Assembly: GCA_951406725.2 (NCBI GenBank)
Contig: OX597826.1
Location: 53,940,001-54,004,000 of the forward strand
Direction: 5' to 3'
Origin: Octopus vulgaris
Lineage: Eukaryota
DNA: 64,000 nt
Position 1 is the first letter of the stretch; every line of letters starts with the position of its first letter. The notes below the pieces were generated by a model that did not search any database, had not been told where the DNA came from, and was given only the letters and a program-made list of their open reading frames with translations. A program made the translations under genes and the position numbers. Of the stretch, positions 1 to 12,800 are shown one piece after another.

Positions 1-890
1 ATCATTGGATTACTAACAAAAATGTTTTAATCATTTTTACTTTTTTCACACTTATTCAAAATATCAAGACATTGATTAAAAATATGATCAGAAATGGGTT
101 TAACTTCAAAAATTTTAAATGAGAAACTAAGGGTATTTAAATTATGCAGGCTATATATTTAAAACTGAAATTTTCATTATACAATTTTCTTCAGTATTCT
201 TATGAACTGGGACATAAATTGAATTGCACACTTATACTATTATGTTATTTAAGCTACAATTATTATACTACAAGTGTTGTCAGTAATGACGTCATATCTG
301 TTTATCATAATTACATGTATTGAAAATTGGTCATAAAATACAACAAAAATATGCAAAATTTGTAAATGGTAATTGTAAACATCAGAATAACAGGAAATTG
401 ATGTTTGTACAAAATAAAAAGGAGAAGGATAAAACTGCATGCTAAATTTGATCACTGAATAAATACTCCTTTCTTTATTACTAACAATCAACATTTGTCC
501 ATGCACATTTAAGATTCTCCACTATACACACATATATGTGCATATGTACATATATACATAGAAATGTACATGTATAAAGCATACATACAAACAGTGGTGA
601 GGAGTTCAAAGAGCTGTTAGAGCATTTGATAGAATGCTTTGTGGGATAGCTTCTACTAAGTTCATAAAGTAACTGAGACATGCTAAGCTGGATCCATCAG
701 GACTTAAGGGTCCAAGGATCATCATCACCATTTTAATACCCACTTTTCCACGTTTCTACAGACGCCCTCCCTGTTGTCCACCTTTACCAGATAGAGAGCG
801 AAAGAGAGAGAGAGAGAGAGATTAAACATACATACAAACATAGCAAAATGCTCACATACATAAACAGAGGGAAAGAAAATGAAAGACACA

Positions 891-1120
891 TTAACCCTTT
901 CGTTACCAACCCGGCTGAAACCAGCTCTGGCTGTGTAGTATAAATGTCTTGTTTTCATTAGTTTTTCATTAAAATCTTCCACCAAACCTTAGTCACAATT
1001 TATGTTCCTAATACTAGCTTAATGATAACTAAGTTAATTTACTAAATTCTTTGTTATATTTAAAATAATTGAAAGAAATTTTTGAGCATCTCAAAATAAA
1101 TACAGTAACAAAAGGGTTAA
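891..1120. mobile_element. piggyBac-type MITE (family P1), complete
   Basis: TTAA at both ends; TIRs CCCTTTCGTTAC / GTAACAAAAGGG (11/12). Related copies at ~10660-10816, ~19906-20122 and ~38761-38982. Confidence 0.85.
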
Positions 1121-1742
1121 GACTTTCGATGTCAAATCAGTGTTGAAACAGTGACGCCAAAATAGGTGGTGCCAAAGTATTCCATATCCCAGAAATAGTG
1201 CCTTTTGGAAGCAATCTTGGACAACTGTATGTAGCTGCAGCAGCATCTTGTTAACCACTGGGCTACCGCAATTTTTTTCTAAATTTATTATTCATGAAAT
1301 TCTCTATAGAAAATTTAACGACATTAACGACACTAATTAATATAAACTTTTCTTTCATTGTTTTAATAGATATTTTTCAGTTTTTCTAAAGATTTCATTG
1401 TTATGCAAGTAATTCACCTACTCCAACTATCTTTCATGTATGGACAAAAATACATCAGAATAAAGAAAAATCAATTTGTTATATATTCATTGATCTCCCA
1501 CCTCAATTAGATATTTTTTTTAGCAAATATCTTTTTTTTTGTCGATCTTCACTTTTTTTTTTTTTTTACCAAACTATGAACAAAATTTTCTATCTTGAAA
1601 ATTAATTTTGTCTGCAATTTATAAATAAACTTAATGTTGTAATTTGCTTTGTTCAAAGCAACGTTTGAACTGAACTACACAAGAATATTATCATAAACTA
1701 GTAAAACATTATAAAAACAAAATATCAGATTTTGTTTCACAG

Positions 1743-1816
1743 ATAACAGATTCAAATTATCCCCAAATCGCAGTTTTGTATACTCAAACAAGAAATGCTA
1801 TTCAACTTACTAGAAG
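1743..1816 (+). other. candidate 74-nt exon (ITDSNYPQIAVLYTQTRNAIQLTR)
   Basis: Acceptor tttgtttcacAG, donor AAG|GTAAAT, one open frame. No homology recognised. Confidence 0.2.
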
Positions 1817-2419
1817 GTAAATACTAAACGCATTTTATAACATATAACCTGGCACCAGAATGATCATCCAACATCATTCAACATCAATATTTTACATCCA
1901 TTTCCTGTGTTGGCATGAGTTAGACTAGTAATCACAATTTGAGTCTATCTTTATTCAAAGCTACTGCCCCTTTAAATGGGTTAGAAGACAATGTGCTGTT
2001 TGTACATTCCATTTTGGGATGACTTTTTTGGCTGGATGCTCTTCCTATCTCCAACCATTTTATAGCATCATTGTACAAGCACTTGAGAGGTTATTTTTCC
2101 CATGCGTGTGGAATTAACTCATGGAAATTTATTTTGTGTAACAAATTTTTACTAAGCAACTAAATATTTTTAATTCTAAAAGGGTGAAGAAAAATAGTAT
2201 GTTGCCAAATTGTCAGTAGCTGATTCTTTGATGGCTGACAAAAATGGCCTGACATTGCTAGTGTGAACCGGCTATAATATGTGTGTGTCTTGACTCCTGC
2301 TAAACCCCTGAGACTGACTCAATGAACCCCTGGAGCCCAGGCTAGGAACCACTGGTCTATAGCATCTATAATGTATAATAGTGTACATAGTTTCCATATA
2401 AGAGCATAATGATACACTA

Positions 2420-2892
2420 CAGTTGCTGGATGTGTGGTAAGAAGCTTGCTTCTCAACCACATGGTTCTGGGTTTAGTCCCACAGCATGGCACCATGGGTA
2501 AGTGTTTCTAGTAGAGATTTGGGCCAACTAAAGATTTGTGAGCAGATTTGGAAGACAGAAATGGAAAGAAGCCCATCATATGCGTGTGTATGTGTGCATA
2601 CACATGTATGAGTGTATGTGTGTGTGCTTGTGTGTGTGTGTGTGTGTGTGTCTGTGTGCATGTGTGTGTGTGTGTGCGTGCGTGTGTGTGTGTTTGATCA
2701 GAACTACCGCTTGACAACCAGTACAGGTGTGTTTACATCCCTGTAACTTAGTGATCCTGTAAAACAGACCAATAGAACAAGTACCAGACTTAAAAATAAA
2801 GTACTGGGGGTCGATTCAGTTGACTAAATATTCTCGTAGGCAGTGCTGCAGCATGGCCACAGTCTAATAACTGAAACGAGTAGAAGATAAAA
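2420..2892 (+). mobile_element. tRNA-derived SINE family A (internal (TA)n/(TG)n microsatellite)
   Basis: Head with Pol III A/B-box-like motifs (tgtgtggtaag...gggtttagtccc), internal TG repeat, tail ...actgaaacgagtagaagataaaa. About 15 further copies or fragments in the window. Confidence 0.85.
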
Positions 2893-2959
2893 TATATATC
2901 GAAATACTGATCACACGCTGTATCCACACCTAGATTCACTTGTCTTAATTCTGTCTTAC

Positions 2960-2996
2960 CTTTGGATCTAACAGCCTCCTGTCTCATCTGGGAGGC
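2960..2996 (-). other. candidate short exon (ASQMRQEAVRSK, ends in phase 1)
   Basis: Minus strand: tctttgacattcAG acceptor and strong AAG|GTAAGA donor; ATG at 2987. Confidence 0.25.
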
Positions 2997-3184
2997 CTGA
3001 ATGTCAAAGACTGATGTTGCACAACTTATTTAAATCCAGTTCACATTCGTGTTATAACACCATAAAATTGTGATGTCAGGGGGAATATCCATATGCATGA
3101 ATGAACAAGAAGTAAGTGATTTTACAAAATGTTTCAGTAATTTGTCTGTCTATTAGTCTATCTATGTATATGTATGCACACACG

Positions 3185-3216
<32 letters not shown>

Positions 3217-3557
3217 CATACACTCTCACACACAAGTATTTCATGAAGTAAATATTTAATTGATTAGCTGATGATGAAATTAGTATTATACGTTTCTGAC
3301 TAAAATTCCCATGGTGAATTTGAATCAGGAATGTTACTATGTCTTGCTTCATACATAACTGAATTGAAAACAAAGCTAGCATGATCATTTCTACATGCTA
3401 CATTACAATCAAATACCAATTTAAATGTAGATGAAAAGCTAAGTAGAAAACAACTATAAAAAGTGTTTAAGAGAAATTTACAAATGGCTGCCAACTGAGA
3501 CAGATGATTGAGCAGAGAAAAGTTGAAAGTTAAGAAATAAGTAACAAATAATAATAT

Positions 3558-4303
3558 TCCTTTCCTTTCTACTGTAGGTATAAGGCCCAAAATCTTTGGG
3601 AGTGAGGGGGCAGTCGATTAGATCGACCCAGTATGTAACTGGTACTTAATTTATTGGTCCCAAAATGGATAAAAGGGGCAGAGTCGACCTTGGCAGAATT
3701 TGAACTCAGAATGTAAAGACAGATAAAATACCTATTTCTTTACTACCCACAAGGGGCTAAACATAGAGAGGACAGACAAACAGATTAAGTCGATTATATC
3801 GACCCCAGTGCGTAACTGGTACTTATTTAACCGACCCCGAAAGGATAAAAGGCAGAGTCGACCTTGGCAGAATTTGAACTCAGAATGTAAAGACAGATAA
3901 AATACCTATTTCTTTACTACCCACAAGGGGCTAAACACAGAGAGGACAGACAAACAGATTAAGTCGATTATAACCACCCCAGTGCGTAACTGGTACTTAT
4001 TTAACCAACCCCGAAAGGATAAAAGGCAGAGTCGACCTTGGCAGAATTTGAACTCAGAATGTAAAGACAGATAAAATACCTATTTCTTTACTACCCACAA
4101 GGGACTAAACACAGAGAGGACAGACAAACAGATTAAGTCGATTATATCGACCCCAGTGCGTAACTGGTACTTATTTAACCGACCCCGAAAGGATGAAAGG
4201 CAAAGTCGACCTCGGCGGAATTTGAACTCAGAACGTAGTAGCAGACGAAATACTGCTAAGCATTTCGCCCAGCGTGCTAACGATTCTGCCAGCTTGCCGC
4301 CTT
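3558..4303 (-). mobile_element. SINE family B with internal 174-bp tandem triplication
   Basis: Minus-strand head ggcggcaagctggcagaatcgttagc; body gaggtcgactttgcctttcatcctttcggggtcg...aagtaccag; unit cctatttcttt recurs at 3731, 3905 and 4079. Confidence 0.9.
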
Positions 4304-4414
4304 CACAAATACTAATATTACAGTGAATTTGATAGGGAAGTTGGTGGTAGTGGTGATGATGGAGATTATAGTTGTGGCGATGGTTAGTCATGATGGTGGC
4401 AGCATAATTATTGA

Positions 4415-4640
4415 TAATCCTTTCTACTATAAGCACAGGACCTGAAATTTGGAGGGGGGGGGCTGATTAGTCAATTACATTGACCCCAGTGTTTTACTGG
4501 TACTTAATTTATCAACCCTGAAAGGATGAAAGGCAAAGTCAATCTCAGTAGTAGAATTTGAACCCAGAATGTGAAGACAGATGAACCACTGCTAAGCATT
4601 TGACCCATTGTGCTAATGATTCTGCCAGCTCACCACCTTA
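4415..4640 (-). mobile_element. SINE family B
   Basis: Same head and body as 3558-4303, single unit. Confidence 0.85.
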
Positions 4641-4744
4641 TACCAAATACTAATATTACAGTGGATTTGATAGTGGTGCGATCTAATTGAGTCCCTCCCC
4701 CACCTCCCTCAAAATTTCAGGCCTTGTGCCTAGAGTAACAAAGA

Positions 4745-4963
4745 CTATTCTTTCTACTATAGGTACAAAAGCCTGAAATTTGGGAGAGGGGGATAGTCCA
4801 TTACATTGACCCCAGTATTCAACTGGTACTTATTTTATCGACCTTGAGAGGATGAAAAGTAAAGACTACCTCAGCAGAATTTAAACTCAGAATGAGAAGA
4901 TGGATGAAATGCTACAAAGCATTTTGCCCAGCAGGCTGGCAATTCTGCCAGCTCACTGCTTTC
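4745..4963 (-). mobile_element. SINE family B
   Basis: Same head and body; abuts a plus-strand tail fragment (~4678-4750). Confidence 0.8.
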
Positions 4964-5829
4964 TAACCTTTTCCATTTGTAATATCAATATTCAAACATA
5001 TTTACTTGTATATTTACTCCAAATCCTTGGTATAACTAGGACTTCAGTGTTGAAAAGATAAAAATATTACTAGTAGCTTAATTAAAAAATATGATTTTAT
5101 CATTTTCTTTATCAATCATGTATCCATTCAGCATGTGTATATTAGTTAAGATACTTAAGTCATCATCATCAGCATTTTATGCCAATTTTTCATGCTACTG
5201 TAAGTTGGACAGATCTTCACAATCCATGTCAGTTCTTATTCAGAGACACTGTCCTCTTAGATACATCTCACTTGTACATTCTAATTTGACATGGTTTACA
5301 CAGCTAGATGTCCATCCTAACACCAACCACTTCACAGTGTACTAGGTGCATTTTATTGTGGCACAAACACTAGAGAGGTAGTCATGTCCTTTACAAGACT
5401 TAAGAACACACTCCACCCTACATTTTCTCTATTCATCTGCTAATCACTTTACAGAATGTATTTTGTGTATTCTATTATGGTGCCAGCACTAGAGAGGTCA
5501 TCATGTCTTTGATTCATCTTCTCAATCCATGACCTCAACAAAATGAAGAATCTATCCCACCTTACATTATCTCTGTTCGTGTACCAACCACTTTGCAGAG
5601 TGTACTAGGTACATTTTATGATGATGCTAGCATTAGCGAGCTTTCCTTCTCTCTTGCAAGACTAAAATATTTTCTTTACATTATTTTGATTTATTCAAGG
5701 TAAACAAAGCAGAGAATGATGACCAAGTGGGTGACAAGAGAGAGCATGAATTATGGTAGAAACAGATTGATAGAAGCGAGAGGGTGGTAGGAGAAGAGAC
5801 AATGATAAGTAGCAAAATGATGGATATTG

Positions 5830-6145
5830 GAAGATGTGTAGCTCAAGGTATTCAACTCCTGATCATAAGGCTACAAGTTCATTTCCCAGCAGTGTATTAT
5901 ATCCTTGAGCAAGACACTTTATTTCTCGTTACTCTGGTCCACTCAACTGGCAAAAATTAACTGTACCTGTAATTTAAAAAGCCAGCCCTGTCCCACTCTG
6001 TGTCAAGCTCAATCTCCCTGAGAACTACATTAAATGTACATGTGTCTGTGGAGTACTCAGCCGTTTGCACATTTATTTCATGAGCAGCTGTTCCATTGAT
6101 TGGATTATCTGGAACACTCATTGTTGTAACCAATGGAGAGCTAGA
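5830..6145 (+). mobile_element. SINE family C2 (CORE/Meta-like central domain ccttgagcaagacacttt)
   Basis: tRNA-like head, central domain tccttgagcaagacactttatttc; homologous to 36958-37280; flanked by tggatattgg repeats. Confidence 0.75.
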
Positions 6146-7829
6146 ATTGGATATTGGTAAGGAAAAGCTAGAATTGGATATTGGTAAGGAAAACATGAAC
6201 AGCATGATGGGGGTAGAGCCGGCACAGACAACCATTACCAAGAAGTAAGTCACATAAAATAAAGCTCATCACCAAGAGGGCAGCACTACTAAAAGAATTC
6301 AAGGTAATTTTTCATTGGTATGTCATTCAGAAAGTACCACAGGCTACAGAAGATTGATTTGAAAGACAGCCAGAGTGGCATGATGGGAAAAAATAGAGTG
6401 GGTGTGGGGGTAGAGTGAAGTTTGGTGGTAGATAATGGAAGGTATTCATTTGAAAACTGAAAATTATTTTGGCAATTCAGTAGTTGGAAGATGTGTAGAA
6501 AAACAAAGGTTAGAGAAGTGTTGCAAATTAAGATAGTCTTTATAGACCAACTAAGATAAGAAATTTGATAAAACAACTGCAGTAGTGTTATTTTTTTTTC
6601 TCATATTTTTCTTTTTTGTCTGCACAGTCAGAACTGGAACTAATAGTTCCCATGACTATAAGGCATGTATACCTTTCCCATTTCATAATAGATAATAGAT
6701 TAGCTAACATTAAGTAGACATCAGCTATAAAGGTTGCACACAAATATCCATAGACATTAATCTACTCAATATATGCCATTAAAAACAAATATTAAAAATA
6801 AATAAATAAAATGGTAAACTTAGGTTAGCAGCTTAAAGAAAGAATGTCAAAAATCTTTTTTTTATTCAAAGGTTTTTGCAGCCATTTTTTTTTCTTTTAA
6901 TAATTCTAATCTAAACTTTAGAATAAATTAATGGAGTAATAATACTAGGAAGATCCTTTCTCAGTTCTTAGAATTTGTTTTTACTATTTAGCACTTTTTA
7001 CAGGAATTCCAAGACCTGTGGGTGGAATTTATCCTCAACCTAAACAGCTGACCCAAATGCTTGCAAAATTATGGGGGTCTCCTATGGTGGCAGGTAGTGG
7101 GTGTTAAATGGGGTGACAGTTTAAGCCTACTGCCCACATAGGCCATGGTGAAATGTGAGCTCAGAACACAAAGAGTTGAAATAAATACTACAAGTCATTG
7201 GTCTAATTTTTCTTAGAATTCCACCAGTCTGCCACTCCAGATTGGTACTTCTTTTATTGACTCAGAAAGTATGAAAGCCACCACTAAGTCTAGTCCTTGT
7301 TGTGGTGTGGAGGCTTACATTCCTCAATGACCTTCAGAGTAACCAAGCAAGCTCTTTGTAGGGTCTCCCATGCTGGCAAGAAATGAAAGGAATATATTTT
7401 AGCTGATCCCAGAAGGAATGGATTTTGGCTAATCTTGTAATCTGTCCCACCACAAAGTGCAGTTTCTGTTGCAGTGTGGTTACTTGAGTGCCTCAATGAT
7501 GTTGAGATCTATGCCCATGGAGTGCAAATTCCTGGTAGCCAGTGATATCTTTTATCTTTTACTTATTTCAGTCATTGGATTGCGGCCACGCTGGAGCACC
7601 ACCTCAAATGGTTTAGTCGAACAAATCAGCCCCAGTATATCTTTTAATATATATTTTACTTATTTCAGTCATTGGACTGTGTAACCTTTAAAGGTGTCAC
7701 CCATTTCTCTTCTCAGGTGTTTAATTTCTGTAGTTTCCTCTCAGTGAAAAGCTCATTTATTCTTATAGTTTCTTTCCAGAACTCATTACCATCAATTTGT
7801 TTTGCTCTGGTCAATGATATTCAGTCCTT

Positions 7830-8037
7830 TTAAACCTTTAGCATTTAAACCAGTCACATCTGGCCCAGATATTCCATCTGTTTTATGTTCAAACTGGCCA
7901 CATGTGGCCTCTCACACCTACTCTTCAATGTCATTCTAAAAATAAACAATCACATCATTGAAATCTCAAAGCTATGATAATATATGATTAATTCAAAATG
8001 ATGTAAATAGATAGGAATTGCATGCTAAAAGGGTTAA
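7830..8037. mobile_element. piggyBac-type MITE (family P2)
   Basis: TTAA...cctttagcat / atgctaaaagggTTAA termini; copies at ~36698-36922 and ~51749-51955. Confidence 0.75.
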
Positions 8038-8188
8038 GCTTTCTGTTAATTAATATCTTTCAAATTAGTAGGCCCTTTTTTTTTCCTTCTTTGTGGTCCC
8101 TAATGCTACAGTGGCCTCAAACCTTATTTGGGATAAAATAGTATAAAAAATTAATTAAAAAATTACTGAAAGTTAGAGACGAAGTTAC

Positions 8189-8275
8189 CCTTGTACAGAA
8201 AAGCTGGCTTGAATGCCTGCAACATGGTAGGCTCTGCTAAAGGGGACCAAGGACCTGGGGGTGCTGCTAAACCAG
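8189..8275 (-). other. candidate exon with start codon (MLQAFKPAFLYK, ends in phase 1)
   Basis: Unique sequence, higher GC than flanks; minus strand accATG at 8225, donor AAGG|GTAACT, pyrimidine tract ttaatctcttttctgtgaAG (alternative AGs nearby). Confidence 0.3.
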
Positions 8276-8757
8276 CTTCACAGAAAAGAGATTAAGTCTA
8301 CCACCGTTCAATAGTATTTGTTCTCATATAAACTAGGTTGAATGGCTTTATTACTTTGTAAGTTTAAAGCAATAAATATGAGTATCGAATGGAGACTAAT
8401 AACTTAGTGACAGCCAGATAAATTCTACAGAGACAGAACAAGAGAAAGAGATACTTATTAAATATTAAATATTCAAATTATATTAGAAAACTATCAAATA
8501 TGATAAATTACTTTTTGAGTCTAATTCTCTTTCTGACAGATTGTTAGTCCAAACGCAACAAACTATTCTTGTTTTCGTGCATAGGGTAATGAAGTAAATG
8601 TGAGCCACTTGAATAGTCGAAAGGGAGATAGGTTATTTGTAAGTCGTTATGTCTAAATGAAAGAAGAGGCAAACTATAGGAGATGAAAGATGATTTCTCC
8701 TTCATCGTAAATAACCCAATTAAAACTAGCCAATCCACCAACTTGCATTCAATGATA

Positions 8758-8791
<34 letters not shown>

Positions 8792-9030
8792 CTATGATGA
8801 TGATGATGATGATAGCTTCATCACTAGAGTAATAAAGGTTTAAATGAAGTTCATCAATCACAATGCACATTCAATAGGCAATTAATATGCTTGTAACAAG
8901 GCTATATCAATGTAGCCAAGAAATGAGTGGATGGGGGTCAATTCAACAGCATGCTATGGTAGGAAGTTAATCGCATTCATTAAGAGATACTCAGCATTAT
9001 TTATTACTTTATTAAACTGCTTGATACTTA

Positions 9031-9033
<3 letters not shown>

Positions 9034-9095
<62 letters not shown>
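9034..9095. repeat. (AAT)n microsatellite
   Basis: Read directly; further (AAT)n/(ATT)n tracts at ~9530, 9795-9883, 10010, 22225, 22855, 46800, 47400, 51955 and 52700. Confidence 0.95.
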
Positions 9096-9099
<4 letters not shown>

Positions 9100-9124
9100 C
9101 AAGAATAGCAATAATATTAATAAT

Positions 9125-9529
9125 TATGGTTTCAAATTTTGCCACAAGGGCAGCCATTTTGGGGGAGGGGATAAGTCGATTACATTGACCCCAGTGCGTA
9201 ACTGGTACTTATTTAATCAACCCCCGAAAGGATGAAAGGCAAAGTTGACCTCAGCAGAATTTGAACCCAGAATATAGTGGCAGATGAAATACTTATTTCT
9301 TTACTATCCACAAGGGGATAAACACAGAAAGGACAAACAAGGACAGACAAACAGATTAAGTCGATTATATCGACCCCAATGCGTAACTGGTACTTATTTA
9401 ATCAACCTCGAAAGGATGAAAAGCAAAGTTGACCTCAGCGGAATTTGAACTTAGAACGTAAAGACTGACGAAATTCCGCTAAGCATTTTGCCTGGCTTGC
9501 TAATGATTCTGCCAACTCACTGTCTTAAT

Positions 9530-9530
<1 letters not shown>
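9125..9530 (-). mobile_element. SINE family B (two internal units)
   Basis: Family B head and body between (AAT)n tracts; a second copy lies at ~9580-9792. Confidence 0.85.
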
Positions 9531-9583
<53 letters not shown>

Positions 9584-9791
9584 TTCTACTAAAGGCACAA
9601 GGCCATATATTTGTGGGGAGGTGACTAGTTGATTACATCGAGCCTGGTGTTTCACTATTACTTATTTTATTGACCTTGAGAGGGTGAAAGACAGTCAACT
9701 GTGGTGAAATTTGAACCAGAATGTAAAAATGGACAAAATGCTGCTAAGCATTTACCCAGTGTGCTAATGATTCTGCCTGCTTGCTGCCTTA

Positions 9792-9885
<94 letters not shown>

Positions 9886-10007
9886 ACGAACTAGTGAGTT
9901 TAGTTTAATGGCCTACCAATGTATACTATGAGTTTCTTTGCCCTAGGAGTCGGGAAGACACTCGGCAAGAAATGGAAGCAAATTTGAAAAAAGAAGAAAA
10001 ACCCATA

Positions 10008-10058
<51 letters not shown>

Positions 10059-10180
10059 TATAATACTGCTGAGACCCCCTTCAGTCATGACTGACCATGG
10101 GATTGCACCTAGAAAGCTACCCTCCGAGGCACAAGTCCGGGCAAGTTTGTTTATGGAAGACCAGCAGTTGCCCATGCATA

Positions 10181-10413
10181 ACTATTTCTTTATTACCCAC
10201 AAGGGTCTAAACACAGAGGGGACAAACAAGGACAGACATAGGTATTAAGTCGATTACATCGACCCCAGTGCGTAACTGGTACTTAATTTATCGAACCCGA
10301 AAGGATGAAAGGCAAAGTCGACCTCGGTGGAATTTGAACTCACAACGTAATGCAGATGAAATACCGCTAAGCATTTCGCCCGGTGTGCTAACGTTTCTGC
10401 CAGCTCGCCGCCT
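10181..10413 (-). mobile_element. SINE family B nested in a family C tail, with TSD
   Basis: ttgcccatgcata (10168-10180) / ttgctcatgcata (10414-10426), a 13-bp TSD with 1 mismatch. Confidence 0.85.
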
Positions 10414-11670
10414 TTGCTCATGCATACCAGTAAATAAGATGATAGGGGGCTGAAACTCCTGGTGGTTTACTGTGCTTGAAAAGACACATCAAGTTAAGTA
10501 AAAGCATGGTTGCCCTTGCATACAGGCTCATCCCCTGCAACCCTCTCCAGCTGAGCATCCTTAATCTTGAGTGCATGTAGGTGCTGCTGCCACTTAAAAA
10601 GCACCTGTACTGGTGCTGCATAAAAGCACCGAGTACACTCTGTAAAGTGGTTGGCGTAATTTTATGTTAATTGATGTTCCAGACACCAGCTGAACAATGA
10701 CTAAGTTATTTCTTCATTATCTTCAAAATCAACTGTGACAAATTCAGTGTTATATGGTGTATTTCAATAACATGTAAACACATCATACTATCACTACATA
10801 GTAACAAAAGGGTTAAGTTATAAAATTTAAAAGGCGTCCTTGACAGCCTGTCACCTATTTTGGCTTTTGTCAAGGACTCTCATCTATAAATCTTATACAT
10901 TCTCTGCTTTATTTACACATTGTAATTTGCTGTAATTTCCTGGTGAAAATAAACGAATTGAAAATGAGTGGTAAAACTGAAAAAATTCAAATATATTTTA
11001 GCTTTAAGCAAAAAAAAAATTAATAAATAAATAAAAGAAATCCAGCTTGTTTCATGTGGTGTTGTGTATGTGGAGAATGTAGGTGCCAATCAGAAACTGT
11101 AAAAGATTATATCCAGCAGGTATAGAGAAGAATACAATTAAAACTTTGTGCTGTACAAATGGTGTATTTAAAATATCCAGATGTGAAGTATATGTACTTC
11201 TGTACTGTTGGTTATGTTTGACAACAACACAAGAGGAATATATATGGAGTTAACAGGAAGTATTAAGATCATATGAAGCTGAAGTGAAAGGAGAGTTAAT
11301 GAGTAAATGATAACATCGTAAAAATACATTTATGTATTTGTTTTGCAAGATTCTTGATGTGGAAACATGAGTTGAAAAAAAAATAGCCATCTTTTGACAA
11401 TAGATACAGGTGCTATTTATTTGATCCTCACTTTAGTTTTAATATTGATTTTAGTTTATTCGTCTGTCAAAGTTCTATCGTCACACATTTTGTGACCTCT
11501 TCAACAACTCTCCGTCTCGTGTGTCTCCTCTTGTCCTGCCCATTCCATTTTGCCCTTCTGTGGTATGTGTCTCTCTTTGGCAGACAAATAAACTAAAAAT
11601 GATAGAGTGAAGAGCAAATAAATAGTCTGTGTGTTTAATTAGCAAAAGACGACCATCCCAAAGTATAGTC

Positions 11671-12057
11671 TCTCTTTTTACTCTTTTACTTGTTTCAGTC
11701 ATTTGACTGCAGCCATGCTGGAGCACTGCCTTTAGTCAAGAAAATCGACCCTAGGACTTATTCTTCGTAAGCCTAGTACTTATTCTATCGGTCTCTTTTG
11801 CCGAACCGCTAAGTTACAGGGACGTAAACACACCACCATCGGTTGTCAAGCGATGTTGGTGGGGACAAACACAGACACACAAATATATACATATATACGA
11901 CGGGCTTTCAGTTTCCGTCTACCAAATCTACTCTCAAGGCTTTTGTCAACTCGAGGCTATAATGGAAGACACTTACACAAGGTGCCATGCAGTGGGACTG
12001 AACCCAGAACCATGTGATTGGTAAACAAGCTACTTACCACACAGCCACTCCTGTGCC
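11671..12057 (-). mobile_element. SINE family A, full length
   Basis: Reverse complement of the family A head, body and tail. Confidence 0.9.
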
Positions 12058-12259
12058 TACAGCAACATTGTAAAAATATTTATGGTTTGACATGACAGAG
12101 CAAAAGTTGGTGATATAAAAAGGAACAGTTAATAGTTTCTCTCTACTTTTTATACAATTTTTATACAGCATATCATGTAGAAATTTTCTCATGACATGCA
12201 TCTGTTATATCTAATTACATCATGTTTTTGCCACAAATTATCTGCAACATGAAACCCTT

Positions 12260-12800
12260 TACTATATCACTACTACACACGTAAACAACAAATGGTATCA
12301 ATACCCCATACGATTACTACATGGTAACCACAAAAAGGTAACACTACTCCATGTAATCATTTGATAATATCAGTATTCCATGTAACTGCTATAAGACATT
12401 ACAATTCCTTCTGACTGCAACATGGAATCCCTGCACCATATAACTATTACAGCACTGTATTACAATAACATGTAAACACATCATACTATCACTACCTCCA
12501 TGTAATCACTACATGGTATCTCTACACCATATAAATACAACATGTATCACTGCCCCCATGTAACCCCAATATGTTGTCTCTACTCCATGGCTTCACTACA
12601 TGGTATCTCTACACCATATAAATATAACATGTATCACTGCCTCCATGTAACCCCAATATGTTATCTCAACTCCAAGGCACTACTGCATGGTGTCTCTACT
12701 CCATATAAAAAGCGAAGAGAGAGATCACTACCTCTATGTAATGACTACATGGTGCCACTACATCATGGTATCTCTACTCCATGTGACCCTTTTACAAATG
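12260..12800. repeat. degenerate 29-bp minisatellite (ccatgtaatcactacatggtatctctact) with 87-bp higher-order repeat
   Basis: Near-identical blocks start at 12507 and 12594 (period 87 = 3x29). Confidence 0.8.

Noticed and set aside
8240-8250. 11-nt match to the 5' part of miR-133 (TTGGTCCCCTT on the minus strand)
   Set aside because: The rest of the mature sequence differs and no pairing star arm exists; such a match is expected by chance across many miRNAs.
9795-9883. (ATT)n(AAT)n inverted microsatellite
   Set aside because: Explained by adjacent SINE-associated trinucleotide tracts in opposite orientations.
12260-12800. CRISPR-like palindromic 29-bp repeats
   Set aside because: Units are contiguous and degenerate with no unique spacers or cas genes; eukaryotic context.
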